Shown: one piece after another, positions 19,778-27,998 of the stretch | Layout of the letters: each line of letters begins with the position of its first letter | How positions within the stretch are numbered: position 1 is the stretch's first letter | Origin: Nitrospirota bacterium | GTDB lineage: Bacteria > UBA2233 | Direction of reading: 5' to 3' | Assembly: GCA_011620345.1 (NCBI GenBank) | Contig: WOZJ01000016.1 | Coordinates: 1 to 35,142 of the forward strand | DNA: 35,142 nucleotides | Notes under the pieces: model-generated | Seen by the model: the letters and a program-made list of their open reading frames with translations, nothing else | Told to the model about the DNA's origin: nothing | The model's database searches: none | Made by a program: the position numbers and the translations under genes

Positions 19778-20389
19778 ATGCGACTAGCGGTTGAACCGGA
19801 AAGGCCCCACGGAAGGTGGCTTGAGCGTGCCTTAGGGACGCTCAAAGAAGGTGGCATTGTTCTCATTCCCTCCGATTCTGGCTATGGGCTTGCTTGTTCG
19901 GTGTTGAGCCATGCTTCGATCGAGAAGCTAAGACAGGTCAAAGAGCTAGAAACGCAGAAATTTTTAACCCTGTTGTTTCCCGACCTTAAACGAATCGGCG
20001 AGTATGCTCAACTATCCGACTATGCCTTCAAAACAATCAAACGGGCGATCCCAGGGCCCTACACGTTCGTGTTGCAAGCCACAAAGAAAGTCCCAAAGCT
20101 CTTGGACACCAACCAAAGAACCGTCGGCATACGCATTCCGGACCATCCCGTGACCCTTGCGGTGCTCAAGGAGCTCGAAGAACCCCTTGTTCACTCCTCT
20201 TTCCCTTCGGGAGAGGCGTTGTATACCGATCCGGTGGAAATAGAGAATCGCATGAGAAAGCAACTCGACCTACTTTTGGATGTAGGCATTCTCCCCGTTA
20301 CTCCCACGACCGTGGTGGATTTGAGTCAAGAACCCTACATGATCCTTAGACAAGGACAAGGCGATGCATCCTGGATCGTTGGCGCTTAA
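19778..20389 (+). CDS. Sua5/YciO/YrdC family protein, YciO-like
   Basis: IPSDSGYGL, PGPYTFVL, TVGIRIPDHP, PTTVVDL, LRQGQG; start ATG 19778. Confidence 0.88.
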   Translation: MRLAVEPERPHGRWLERALGTLKEGGIVLIPSDSGYGLACSVLSHASIEKLRQVKELETQKFLTLLFPDLKRIGEYAQLSDYAFKTIKRAIPGPYTFVLQATKKVPKLLDTNQRTVGIRIPDHPVTLAVLKELEEPLVHSSFPSGEALYTDPVEIENRMRKQLDLLLDVGILPVTPTTVVDLSQEPYMILRQGQGDASWIVGA

Positions 20390-21566
20390 GGCCGGATTTT
20401 GCCTTTTTTTGGTGTTGTTTGCGGGCGTTGGTCCTCTTGGGGCCATCGATGAAGACGAAATCTTGGCGGGCCCTTACCTCACCAACCTGAGGCCCGCGCA
20501 CGTAACGGTGAACTACGAAGTCAGCCGGCCTGTGCTGGGATGGGTGCAGTTCGATACCGAGGGGCATTTCGACTCGGGATGGAACTACACGCACGGATAC
20601 CCTCCGGAAGATGTCCTTTCCGACATCCACCACATCACGCTGCCAGGGCTCTTAGACGACGAACGGTATTACTACTCGATCACGCTCAAGGACCCAAACG
20701 ACGATCGGGACTACGGGTTTTTCGATTACTCGCTGAAGACGGCTCCAGAGAAAGGCCAGGCCGAGGTCAGCTTCCGAATCGGCGTGTACGGGGATTGCTA
20801 CGGCAACCCATCGCTGCTTAGGCGGGTATCGGACGATATCAGTTCGGAAGACGACATGATCGCGGCATTCTTGGTGGGTGACATCCTTCCTCCCGATTAC
20901 TCCGAAACGGCCTGGAGGGACTTTTTCTACGGCGTGGAGTATCTTGGCGCGGAAAAGGCGATCTTTCCATTAAAGGGCGCCAACGAAGCGAGCGGGGAGG
21001 CTGCCAAAGCGTTCGATCGTTACTTCCCGTTGATAGAAGGCCCGCTGGATACCCCAAAGACCTTTGGCTACCACAGCTTTGATTGGGGGGTTTTGCACTT
21101 GATCGTGCTGGATACGCTCAAGATGGACGAGGCTCAAGCAAGCTGGCTTGAGCAAGACCTCCAGGGTTCCGCCTCAGCGCCATACGTACTCGTTTTCCTC
21201 CATCAACCCGTTGAGGAGCTTGATAGGGGGATGGCAGGAAGGCTCGAGGGGTTGTTTGCCAGGAACAAGGTTTCTGTCGTGTTTTCGGGCGGCGATGGAG
21301 ATTTTCGGCTCGAAGAGCGCTCTGGGGTTCATTATGTCAATACCGGTTCGTTGACACAGCCAGCCCAGGAAAGCCGTCCCGTTCCCTCGGAGGGAAAAGG
21401 GCTTGTCTTGAGAGATGCCATACCTTACGTTTCTTTCCAGGTTGGCGAAGAAGGGGATGTCTGGTTGGAGGTGATCAGCATGGGTAGCCTAAGCCCAGAT
21501 GGCCAGGTGAAGCGCGATCGCAATAGCGTCCAGAAGCTCCAGATTCTGCCTAGAAACGTGCCATAA
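20364..21566 (+). CDS. Exported purple-acid-phosphatase-like protein (Fn3-like plus metallophosphoesterase fold) with a degenerate metal site
   Basis: Signal peptide; GPYL, HHITLPGL..YYY, KTAP, VYGD, VGDI, YHSFDWG, QASWLEQDL, FLHQP; GNHE reads GANE, GHxH reads GGDG. Confidence 0.8.
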   Translation: MHPGSLALKAGFCLFLVLFAGVGPLGAIDEDEILAGPYLTNLRPAHVTVNYEVSRPVLGWVQFDTEGHFDSGWNYTHGYPPEDVLSDIHHITLPGLLDDERYYYSITLKDPNDDRDYGFFDYSLKTAPEKGQAEVSFRIGVYGDCYGNPSLLRRVSDDISSEDDMIAAFLVGDILPPDYSETAWRDFFYGVEYLGAEKAIFPLKGANEASGEAAKAFDRYFPLIEGPLDTPKTFGYHSFDWGVLHLIVLDTLKMDEAQASWLEQDLQGSASAPYVLVFLHQPVEELDRGMAGRLEGLFARNKVSVVFSGGDGDFRLEERSGVHYVNTGSLTQPAQESRPVPSEGKGLVLRDAIPYVSFQVGEEGDVWLEVISMGSLSPDGQVKRDRNSVQKLQILPRNVP

Positions 21567-21578
21567 CCGGCCAACCCG

Positions 21579-22499
21579 ATGAGATCGTTGGCGTTTCTTG
21601 GGGAAGGCTTAAGGGATGACGGCGCAAACGCGCGGTTTGTGATTCTTTCGTGTCCTTACGAAAGGACTGCCTGCTATTTAAAGGGGACGGCACTGGCCCC
21701 AAGAGAGATTCTCGCGGCCAGTGAGCAGCTGGAACGCTACGACGAGAAGCTTCGCTTTTCGCCTGTCCGGGCAGGGATTCGTACGGCTGAAATCTGGTAC
21801 CCAAACCTTCCTTCGGACGACCCAGAATCCGTGATCGAGGCCTATCGGGGGTTTTTTCGCCGGAAGTTTGACCCTTTGAGCCAAGTGCCCGTCCTCATCG
21901 GAGGAGAACACTCGGTTTCGCTCGCCTTGGTGCCATTGGTTGCCGAGGCCTACCCTGATCTTGGGGTGGTGCTTTTTGACGCTCACGCCGACCTGCGGGA
22001 TTCCTACCAGGGGCTTCGGTTCTCGCACGCCTGCGTATCCAGAAGGCTGCTCGATACGTTTCCCATCGCACAATTTGGCATTCGGAGCTTGAGCGAGGAA
22101 GAGGCGCGCCTTATCGAGCAAAGAAGCCTTTCTGTGGCGTATGCGCATACGCTCAAAGGTGCAGAGGGCTTTATAAAGGCTCTTGACGAGGCGCTGTCCA
22201 AATTACCCCAAAACGTGTACCTTTCGATCGATGTGGACTGCCTCGATGCCTCTGCGATGCCGGATGTCGGAACGCCCGAGCCTTTTGGCCTTTCGATGTT
22301 CGAACTGGAGGCGATGGTCGAAGTTCTGACGAAAAGAAAACGTGTCGTAGGGTTCGATTTGGTGGAACACGCCCCGCTGAGCCCGACCAAGGCGTCTACG
22401 TTTAGCCTTGCAAGGTTTCTTTACAGGACGATCGGGCTCATAGCCATTTCTATGGGCTGGGCATATCCGCCAGAGACCTCCTTTGTTGTCGGAAAATGA
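21579..22499 (+). CDS. speB: Agmatinase
   Basis: GGEHS, DAHADLRD, SHAC, GIRS, SIDVDCLD, GTPEP, DLVE; adjacent to arginine decarboxylase. Confidence 0.93.
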   Translation: MRSLAFLGEGLRDDGANARFVILSCPYERTACYLKGTALAPREILAASEQLERYDEKLRFSPVRAGIRTAEIWYPNLPSDDPESVIEAYRGFFRRKFDPLSQVPVLIGGEHSVSLALVPLVAEAYPDLGVVLFDAHADLRDSYQGLRFSHACVSRRLLDTFPIAQFGIRSLSEEEARLIEQRSLSVAYAHTLKGAEGFIKALDEALSKLPQNVYLSIDVDCLDASAMPDVGTPEPFGLSMFELEAMVEVLTKRKRVVGFDLVEHAPLSPTKASTFSLARFLYRTIGLIAISMGWAYPPETSFVVGK

Positions 22500-22513
22500 A
22501 GAAGGAAGCGTGC

Positions 22514-23059
22514 ATGGATTTGATTCCTAAGGGCCTGTTCTTTACGAGCGGCGTGGGCATTCACAAAGAGAGGCTCGTTTCGTTCGAGCTCGCGCTCAAA
22601 GATGCCCGCGTAAACCATTTGAACCTTGTGCCCGTCTCGAGCATCGTCCCGCCCGGATGCCAGGTTGTCTCCGCCGATGAGGGGGTAAGACACCTAAAAC
22701 CCGGGGCGGTTACGTTTTGCGTAGCGGCGTGGATCTCGAGCAACGAGCCCGGCCGTACGGTTACGTCGGCCGTTGGGATGTGCAGCCCAAAAGACCAGAC
22801 AATGCACGGATACCTAAGCGAGCACCACGCGTTCGACGAGAGCGAGGAGCTGGCCAAAGAATACGCCGAGTACTTGGCCGCGTTGATGTTCATGAACACC
22901 AACGGGATTCCTGAGGGTACAGGGCTTTCTTGGAGTGCCAACAAAGCCATCTGGATGGAAACCAACCGAATTTTGAGGTTGGAAAGTGTTGTAAAATCTG
23001 CTATAGTGTCGCTTGGAACGTATACGACGGTTTTTGCAGGCGCGATCTTTTTGTGGTAG
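22514..23059 (+). CDS. pdaD: Pyruvoyl-dependent arginine decarboxylase
   Basis: SFELALKDA, NLVPVSSIVPP (Ser-Ser autocleavage site), GYLSEHH, YAEYLAALM; start 22514 or 22496. Confidence 0.9.
   Translation: MDLIPKGLFFTSGVGIHKERLVSFELALKDARVNHLNLVPVSSIVPPGCQVVSADEGVRHLKPGAVTFCVAAWISSNEPGRTVTSAVGMCSPKDQTMHGYLSEHHAFDESEELAKEYAEYLAALMFMNTNGIPEGTGLSWSANKAIWMETNRILRLESVVKSAIVSLGTYTTVFAGAIFLW
22979..23007 (+). promoter_or_regulatory. Candidate internal promoter in the pdaD 3' end
   Basis: TTGGAA (22979-22984), 17-bp spacer, extended -10 TG-C-TATAGT (22999-23007); locally AT-rich. Confidence 0.5.
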
Positions 23060-23111
23060 AACCTTAAATGAGCTGCTTTGTTCATCAACCCAAATTAAAA
23101 AGGGGGAGCTA

Positions 23112-23515
23112 ATGAATCACGGAGTGTTCAAGAAGGTCATGTCGGGTGTGGTAATTGGAGGGTTGGTCATGACGCTCGGGCTTGGCTGCAAGAAGAAAGA
23201 AAAGACCGAGGAGCCCCCCGCCGGAACGGAGCAGTCGGTGCCCATGACCCCGGAGGAAACGCCGAGCGAGCCCCAGGCCCCCTACGGAACGGAGACGCCT
23301 TCAGCCCCGAGTGAGGAGCCAAGCCAGCCGNNNNNNNNNNNNNNNNNNNNNNNNNNNNNNNNNNNNNNNNNNNNNNNNNNNNNNNNNNNNNNNNNNNNNN
23401 NNNNNNNNNNNNNNNNNNNNNNNNNNNNNNGGCCCCCTACGGAACGGAGACGCCTTCAGCCCCGAGTGAGGAGCCAAGCCAGCCGGACGGAACGACGCAA
23501 GCCCCTATGCCTTAA
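23112..23515 (+). CDS. Small Pro/Glu-rich disordered lipoprotein (spans the assembly gap)
   Basis: RBS AGGGGGAG, ATG 23112, lipobox LGLG-C then KKKEK and a PEST-like region; the frame matching the duplicated flank resumes after the gap and ends DGTTQAPMP-TAA at 23515 (82 aa if the gap collapses). Confidence 0.75.
23276..23485 (+). repeat. Identical 55-nt direct repeat flanking a 100-N scaffold gap
   Basis: 23276-23330 is identical to 23431-23485; Ns at 23331-23430. Confidence 0.95.
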
Positions 23516-23539
23516 GGGCCAGGGCAAAAGGACTACTGC

Positions 23540-23692
23540 ATGATTGGCGAATGGGTTATCACCCTGTGGGAAGACTTTTTAAAGCTGATGATCGACGTTC
23601 TTGACGTACCAGGGATTGGGGATGCGTTAACGAGCGCGAGCGTGGGAACGCTTGATTCGCTGGCAACCATCCTGTCGGTCCTTCCCGGATAG
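23540..23692 (+). CDS. Small hypothetical protein, 50 aa
   Basis: AGGA RBS 7 nt before the ATG; MIGEWVITLWEDFLKLMIDVLDVPGIGDALTSASVGTLDSLATILSVLPG-TAG; fills the space between the lipoprotein and the tRNA. Confidence 0.6.
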   Translation: MIGEWVITLWEDFLKLMIDVLDVPGIGDALTSASVGTLDSLATILSVLPG

Positions 23693-23713
23693 GGGGGTGT
23701 TGGCAGGTCGGTT

Positions 23714-23790
23714 GGCGGTGTAGCTCAGTTGGTCAGAGCACGCGGCTCATATCCGCGCTGTCCGGGGTTCGAATCCCTGCACCGCCACCA
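23714..23790 (+). tRNA. tRNA-Met (CAT), elongator type
   Basis: 77-nt cloverleaf: GGCGGTG/CACCGCC acceptor, anticodon arm CGCGG-CTCATAT-CCGCG, TTCGAAT T-loop, encoded CCA; paired G1:C72, with C3:G70 and C27:G43. Confidence 0.95.
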
Positions 23791-23807
23791 TGGTTCTTTA
23801 GGATGCG

Positions 23808-25322
23808 ATGGTGGATGCTTCCAAAAAAGCGGCCCTTTTCCTCGAATGCCTTTCTGGTAGGCGAGGAGGGCCGCTTGCTTTTCTTGAACGTGAAATCTTG
23901 ACGGTATTGCAGTCCCAAAGCGTAATCTTTGGGGCGAGCCGTCTTTTTGTCGGCTGTTCCGGTGGGGTCGATTCTACGGTTCTGCTTTTTTGCCTCTCCA
24001 GGCTCGCTCCGATGCTGAACGCCCCCCTGGGGGTTCTTCACGTCAACCACCGTATGCGTCCAGAGGCCACTCTAGAGGAGCGCTTTACAAGGAACATTGC
24101 AAAAGGCCTCAGAATCCCATGGCGGGGGCTCGAGCGTCTCGTCCCTTTGCTTCCAGGGCAAAGCCAGGAAGCCGCCTTGAGGGACCTCCGCTATGCATTC
24201 TTCGGGCATGTCCTTAAGCAGGTTCCGGGTTCCATGCTCGCTCTTGGCCATCATTTGGACGACAGGATTGAAACGTTCCTAATGTTTTTTTTGAGAGGTT
24301 CCGGTACCCGCGGTCTTTCCTCGCTTCGTGCAAAACGAGGAGATGAAATCGTCCGGCCATTGATCGAAACGCCAAGATCGGCTATCGAAGCCTACGCCAA
24401 CGAAATGGGCCTGCCGTTTTTTGAGGACGCGACGAACAGGAACGAAGCTTACGTAAGAAATCGGATTCGAGCGCGCGTCCTGCCCGCACTCATGCAGGCG
24501 TACCCTGGCCTTTATTCTGCTGCCAAGAAGAGCTTTCGGCTGCTCGAGGCCGAAGCGGATTGGATGGAAGCCCACGCGAAAGAGTTGTTTGGCCGGAGCC
24601 TTGTCAGCGCTTCGAGAGATGAAGCGGTGTTGCAAACGGCCGAGCTTGTCCGAGCCCCCGAATCTCTTGTAGAACACGCGCTCTTTTTGCTGATCGAGGC
24701 GCTCTTTGGGTTTCGGTCAAACCTTAAGACGCTCATTGGGCTTGTCCAAAGGCTGAAAGAGGGCAAGACGTTTTGTCTTCATTTCGATCAAAGATTGGAT
24801 GCCTACGGGTTTTATGGTAAGCTTGTTCTGAGAGAAAGGGTCGCAAAGAGGACAAAAGCGCTCTCATGGGCCTACAAAGTATTCCGCGAGGGAGTTGTGA
24901 ATTGCCCCGAAGCGGGCATCCAGCTTGAAGTTTGTGAGCGCAGCGCAAACAAGGCGGAGCGGGAGGGCGAAGTGCCGCATAACCCGTGGATAGCGTACCT
25001 TGATAGCCGCCAGATTGTTTTTCCACTTCTTTTGAGGCCCGCAAGGTTCGGTGACCGATTGAAGCCCCTTGGAATGGGCGGACATAGCAAAAAAATCAAG
25101 GAGGTTTTCCGGGATTACCGGCTCGACCCGGAAGCGCGCTGGACAACGCCCGTCCTGGAAATCCAGGGCGAGATCGTCTGGGTGATCGGCCTCAAGCGGG
25201 CCGAAGCGTTTAAGGTTCTCCCCGAAACCCAGGCCGTTCTGGAAATCCATGCAAGGCCTGTCCCGGACGGCGATATGGACATGGGTAACCCACCTCCTAT
25301 TCAGTCAAGGGAGACGCGTTGA
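23808..25322 (+). CDS. tilS: tRNA(Ile)-lysidine synthetase
   Basis: PP-loop SGGVDS, HVNH, RDLRY, HHLDD.IET, IVRPL, DATN..RNRIR, C-terminal TilS_C (GDRLKPLG..KKIK); start uncertain. Confidence 0.95.
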   Translation: MVDASKKAALFLECLSGRRGGPLAFLEREILTVLQSQSVIFGASRLFVGCSGGVDSTVLLFCLSRLAPMLNAPLGVLHVNHRMRPEATLEERFTRNIAKGLRIPWRGLERLVPLLPGQSQEAALRDLRYAFFGHVLKQVPGSMLALGHHLDDRIETFLMFFLRGSGTRGLSSLRAKRGDEIVRPLIETPRSAIEAYANEMGLPFFEDATNRNEAYVRNRIRARVLPALMQAYPGLYSAAKKSFRLLEAEADWMEAHAKELFGRSLVSASRDEAVLQTAELVRAPESLVEHALFLLIEALFGFRSNLKTLIGLVQRLKEGKTFCLHFDQRLDAYGFYGKLVLRERVAKRTKALSWAYKVFREGVVNCPEAGIQLEVCERSANKAEREGEVPHNPWIAYLDSRQIVFPLLLRPARFGDRLKPLGMGGHSKKIKEVFRDYRLDPEARWTTPVLEIQGEIVWVIGLKRAEAFKVLPETQAVLEIHARPVPDGDMDMGNPPPIQSRETR

Positions 25323-27145
25323 CCAAGTTTTCCAAAAACATTGCTTTGGTGCTGCTTGTCGTTCTAAGCCTTCTTGTGTTTGTGAACTTGACAGAACAGG
25401 TTTCGCACACAAAAAAAGCGCTGACGTTTAGCGAATTTCTCGATCGTCTCGACAAAGGGGAGGTCGAGAGCGTCGTCATCGAAGGCCAGGCCCTTTCCGG
25501 GAAGCTCAAGGGGGAGGCCACATTCCAGGCCTACGCCCCTCAGGGCTATGATCTCGTTCCTAACCTAAGGGCCAAGGGTGTGCAGATCGAGGTGAAGCCT
25601 GACGGGCATTCGCCATGGTACATCACGTTACTGGGTTCTTGGCTGCCCATTCTCTTGTTGATCGGGGTATGGTACTTCTTCATGCGCCAGATGCAGGTAG
25701 GCGGATCAAAGGCGTTGAGCTTTGGCAAGAGCAAGGCAAACGTCATGATGGAGAACCGGATCAAAGTTCGCTTTAAAGACGTCGCGGGCATTGAAGAGGC
25801 AAAAGCCGACCTCCAAGAGATCGTAGATTTTCTGAAAGACCCCAAGCGCTTCACAACGCTGGGAGGGCGCCTGCCTAAAGGAATCTTGCTTGTGGGCGCC
25901 CCCGGCACGGGCAAGACGCTCCTTGCCAAGGCGATCGCGGGAGAGGCGAACGTCCCGTTTCTTAGCATTTCGGGCTCGGATTTTGTCGAGATGTTCGTCG
26001 GTGTCGGTGCAGCCAGGGTTAGGGATTTGTTCACCCAGGCAAAGAAGCTTGCCCCTAGCCTTGTGTTCATCGACGAAATCGACGCCGTAGGGCGTCATCG
26101 TGGGGCCGGGCTAGGAGGTGGCCACGATGAGCGTGAGCAAACACTCAACCAGCTTTTGGTCGAAATGGACGGTTTCGAGCCAAACGAGGGCGTTATTTTG
26201 ATTGCCGCCACGAACAGGCCGGACGTGTTAGACCCCGCGCTCTTGAGGCCAGGGAGGTTCGATAGGCATATCGTCGTGCCCAAGCCGGACATTAAGGGCA
26301 GGGAAGGAATCTTGAGGGTTCACATCCAACGAATTGTGTACGATACGGAGGTCGATGTCGGGGTCCTGGCAAGAGGCACACCCGGCTTTGCCGGGGCCGA
26401 CTTGGAAAACATGGTGAACGAAGCCGCGCTCATCGCCGCCAGGAAGGGGAAACTCAAAGTAACGATGGAGGATTTCGAGGAGGCCAAGGACAAGATCTAT
26501 ATGGGCGCCGAGCGGAAAAGCCTCGTCATCCCGGAAAAAGAGCGGAAGCACACGGCCTACCACGAGGCTGGCCACACGCTTGTCGCCAAGCTTACGCCTG
26601 CTTCGGACCCTGTCCACAAGGTTTCGATCATACCCAGGGGAATGGCGCTGGGGATTACCCAGCAGCTCCCCGAAGGGGACACCTTTTCCAAAACAAAAGA
26701 GGACCTACTATCCCATATATGCGTTCTTCTAGGCGGACGGATCGCCGAGGAGATGATTTTCCAGACGCTTTCGACCGGGGCGAGCAGCGACCTAGAGCGG
26801 GTTACGGATGTCGCCCGAAGCATGGTGTGTAAGTGGGGGATGAGCGAGCGTCTCGGTCCGTTGACCTACGGTGAGAAAGAGGAAGAGGTCTTTTTAGGCC
26901 GGGAGATTACAAGGCACATTACCTATTCCGAGCTGACCGCAAGGGAAATCGACCGAGAAATCCGCTTGATCGTGGACGATTGCTATTCGAGGGCAAAAAC
27001 GCTGATCACGGACAACCTGCACGTCCTAAAGAGGATCGCCTCTGAATTGCTGGAAAAAGAAACGCTTGATTCGAAGGATATTGATCGAATCCTCGAGGAG
27101 TGCAGGGCCATTGCATCCGACCGAACCCCAGGGGTTCTCGGCTAA
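25319..27145 (+). CDS. ftsH: ATP-dependent zinc metalloprotease FtsH
   Basis: Two TM segments, Walker [31 protein letters not shown] start with AGGGAG RBS. Confidence 0.99.
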   Translation: MTKFSKNIALVLLVVLSLLVFVNLTEQVSHTKKALTFSEFLDRLDKGEVESVVIEGQALSGKLKGEATFQAYAPQGYDLVPNLRAKGVQIEVKPDGHSPWYITLLGSWLPILLLIGVWYFFMRQMQVGGSKALSFGKSKANVMMENRIKVRFKDVAGIEEAKADLQEIVDFLKDPKRFTTLGGRLPKGILLVGAPGTGKTLLAKAIAGEANVPFLSISGSDFVEMFVGVGAARVRDLFTQAKKLAPSLVFIDEIDAVGRHRGAGLGGGHDEREQTLNQLLVEMDGFEPNEGVILIAATNRPDVLDPALLRPGRFDRHIVVPKPDIKGREGILRVHIQRIVYDTEVDVGVLARGTPGFAGADLENMVNEAALIAARKGKLKVTMEDFEEAKDKIYMGAERKSLVIPEKERKHTAYHEAGHTLVAKLTPASDPVHKVSIIPRGMALGITQQLPEGDTFSKTKEDLLSHICVLLGGRIAEEMIFQTLSTGASSDLERVTDVARSMVCKWGMSERLGPLTYGEKEEEVFLGREITRHITYSELTAREIDREIRLIVDDCYSRAKTLITDNLHVLKRIASELLEKETLDSKDIDRILEECRAIASDRTPGVLG

Positions 27146-27998
27146 CCCTAACCCGCTTGTCTCGTTGTCAGGGCGTTTTTGCTCAAGCGCCAAGCTGTCG
27201 CTGGTGATGGGCATTCTCAACGTTACGCCAGACTCCTTCTCGGACGGGGGGAGGTTTTTGGATCCAAGCAGGGCCGTTGACCATGCCTTTCGGCTTTTAG
27301 AAGAAGGGGCGGATATCTTAGACATCGGGGCAGAATCCACCCGGCCTGGTGCTAAGCCTGTTTCTGAACATGAAGAGTTGAAAAGGCTTCTTCCCGTCCT
27401 TGAGGGGCTCCAAAAATCCGCTTTTCCGTTGCCCATCAGCGTGGATACGACGAAGGCGCGCGTCGCCCTCGAGGCTATTGAAAGAGGGGCCTCGCTTGTC
27501 AACGACGTTTCTGCGTTACGCTGGGATCCTTCTATGGGAAGGGCGCTGGCGAAATCCAACGCTTTTGTGATCTTGATGCATGCCCAGGCGGTGCCGGGGC
27601 GAATGCAAACGCTGGCTTGCTACCACAATATTACCCGCACTGTGTACCATTTTTTGCACAACCGCATAGCTTATGCCGTGGCGCTGGGCATTCCAAAAGA
27701 ACGTCTTCTCGTCGATCCGGGCATAGGGTTTGGCAAGCTACCCATGGACAACCTGACGCTCCTTCGAGAGCTAGGCCAACTTGGCCCGCTGAAAGCCCCT
27801 ATCGTTGTCGGGGTAAGCCGAAAACGCTTTTTGGATGCTTTCGCTCTGAAGCCCGTTTCCGAGGAAGAAAAAGACCGCTTGAGCGTCCTTGCGGGCATCA
27901 ACGCCCTGCAAAACGGCGCAAGCGTGTTAAGGACGCACAACGTCGGACAGACGGCCCAAGCAACCCGTCTTTGGAAGGCGCTGTCATGTTCGGCTTGA
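27111..27998 (+). CDS. folP: Dihydropteroate synthase
   Basis: MGILNVTPDSFSDGG, IGAESTRPG, SVDT, NDVS, DPGIGFGK, GVSRKRF, LRTHNV; start uncertain (TTG 27111 with GAGGAG upstream, or as late as ATG 27207). Confidence 0.95.
   Translation: MHPTEPQGFSANPNPLVSLSGRFCSSAKLSLVMGILNVTPDSFSDGGRFLDPSRAVDHAFRLLEEGADILDIGAESTRPGAKPVSEHEELKRLLPVLEGLQKSAFPLPISVDTTKARVALEAIERGASLVNDVSALRWDPSMGRALAKSNAFVILMHAQAVPGRMQTLACYHNITRTVYHFLHNRIAYAVALGIPKERLLVDPGIGFGKLPMDNLTLLRELGQLGPLKAPIVVGVSRKRFLDAFALKPVSEEEKDRLSVLAGINALQNGASVLRTHNVGQTAQATRLWKALSCSA

Noticed and set aside
23276-23485. CRISPR-like repeat-spacer unit
   Set aside because: Two copies of coding sequence around an N gap; no array and no cas genes
23013-23543. 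176-aa ORF read straight through the Ns
   Set aside because: Gap length is arbitrary; the duplicated flank shows the true frame ends at TAA 23515, and RBS plus lipobox support ATG 23112
23714-23810. tRNA as an integration site or island boundary
   Set aside because: No integrase, no duplicated tRNA 3' end seen, and a core gene follows immediately
27617-27985. Long N-terminal extension of cdaA (394-aa ORF)
   Set aside because: Lies within folP and reads as a shadow frame; the TM region starts at ATG 27986
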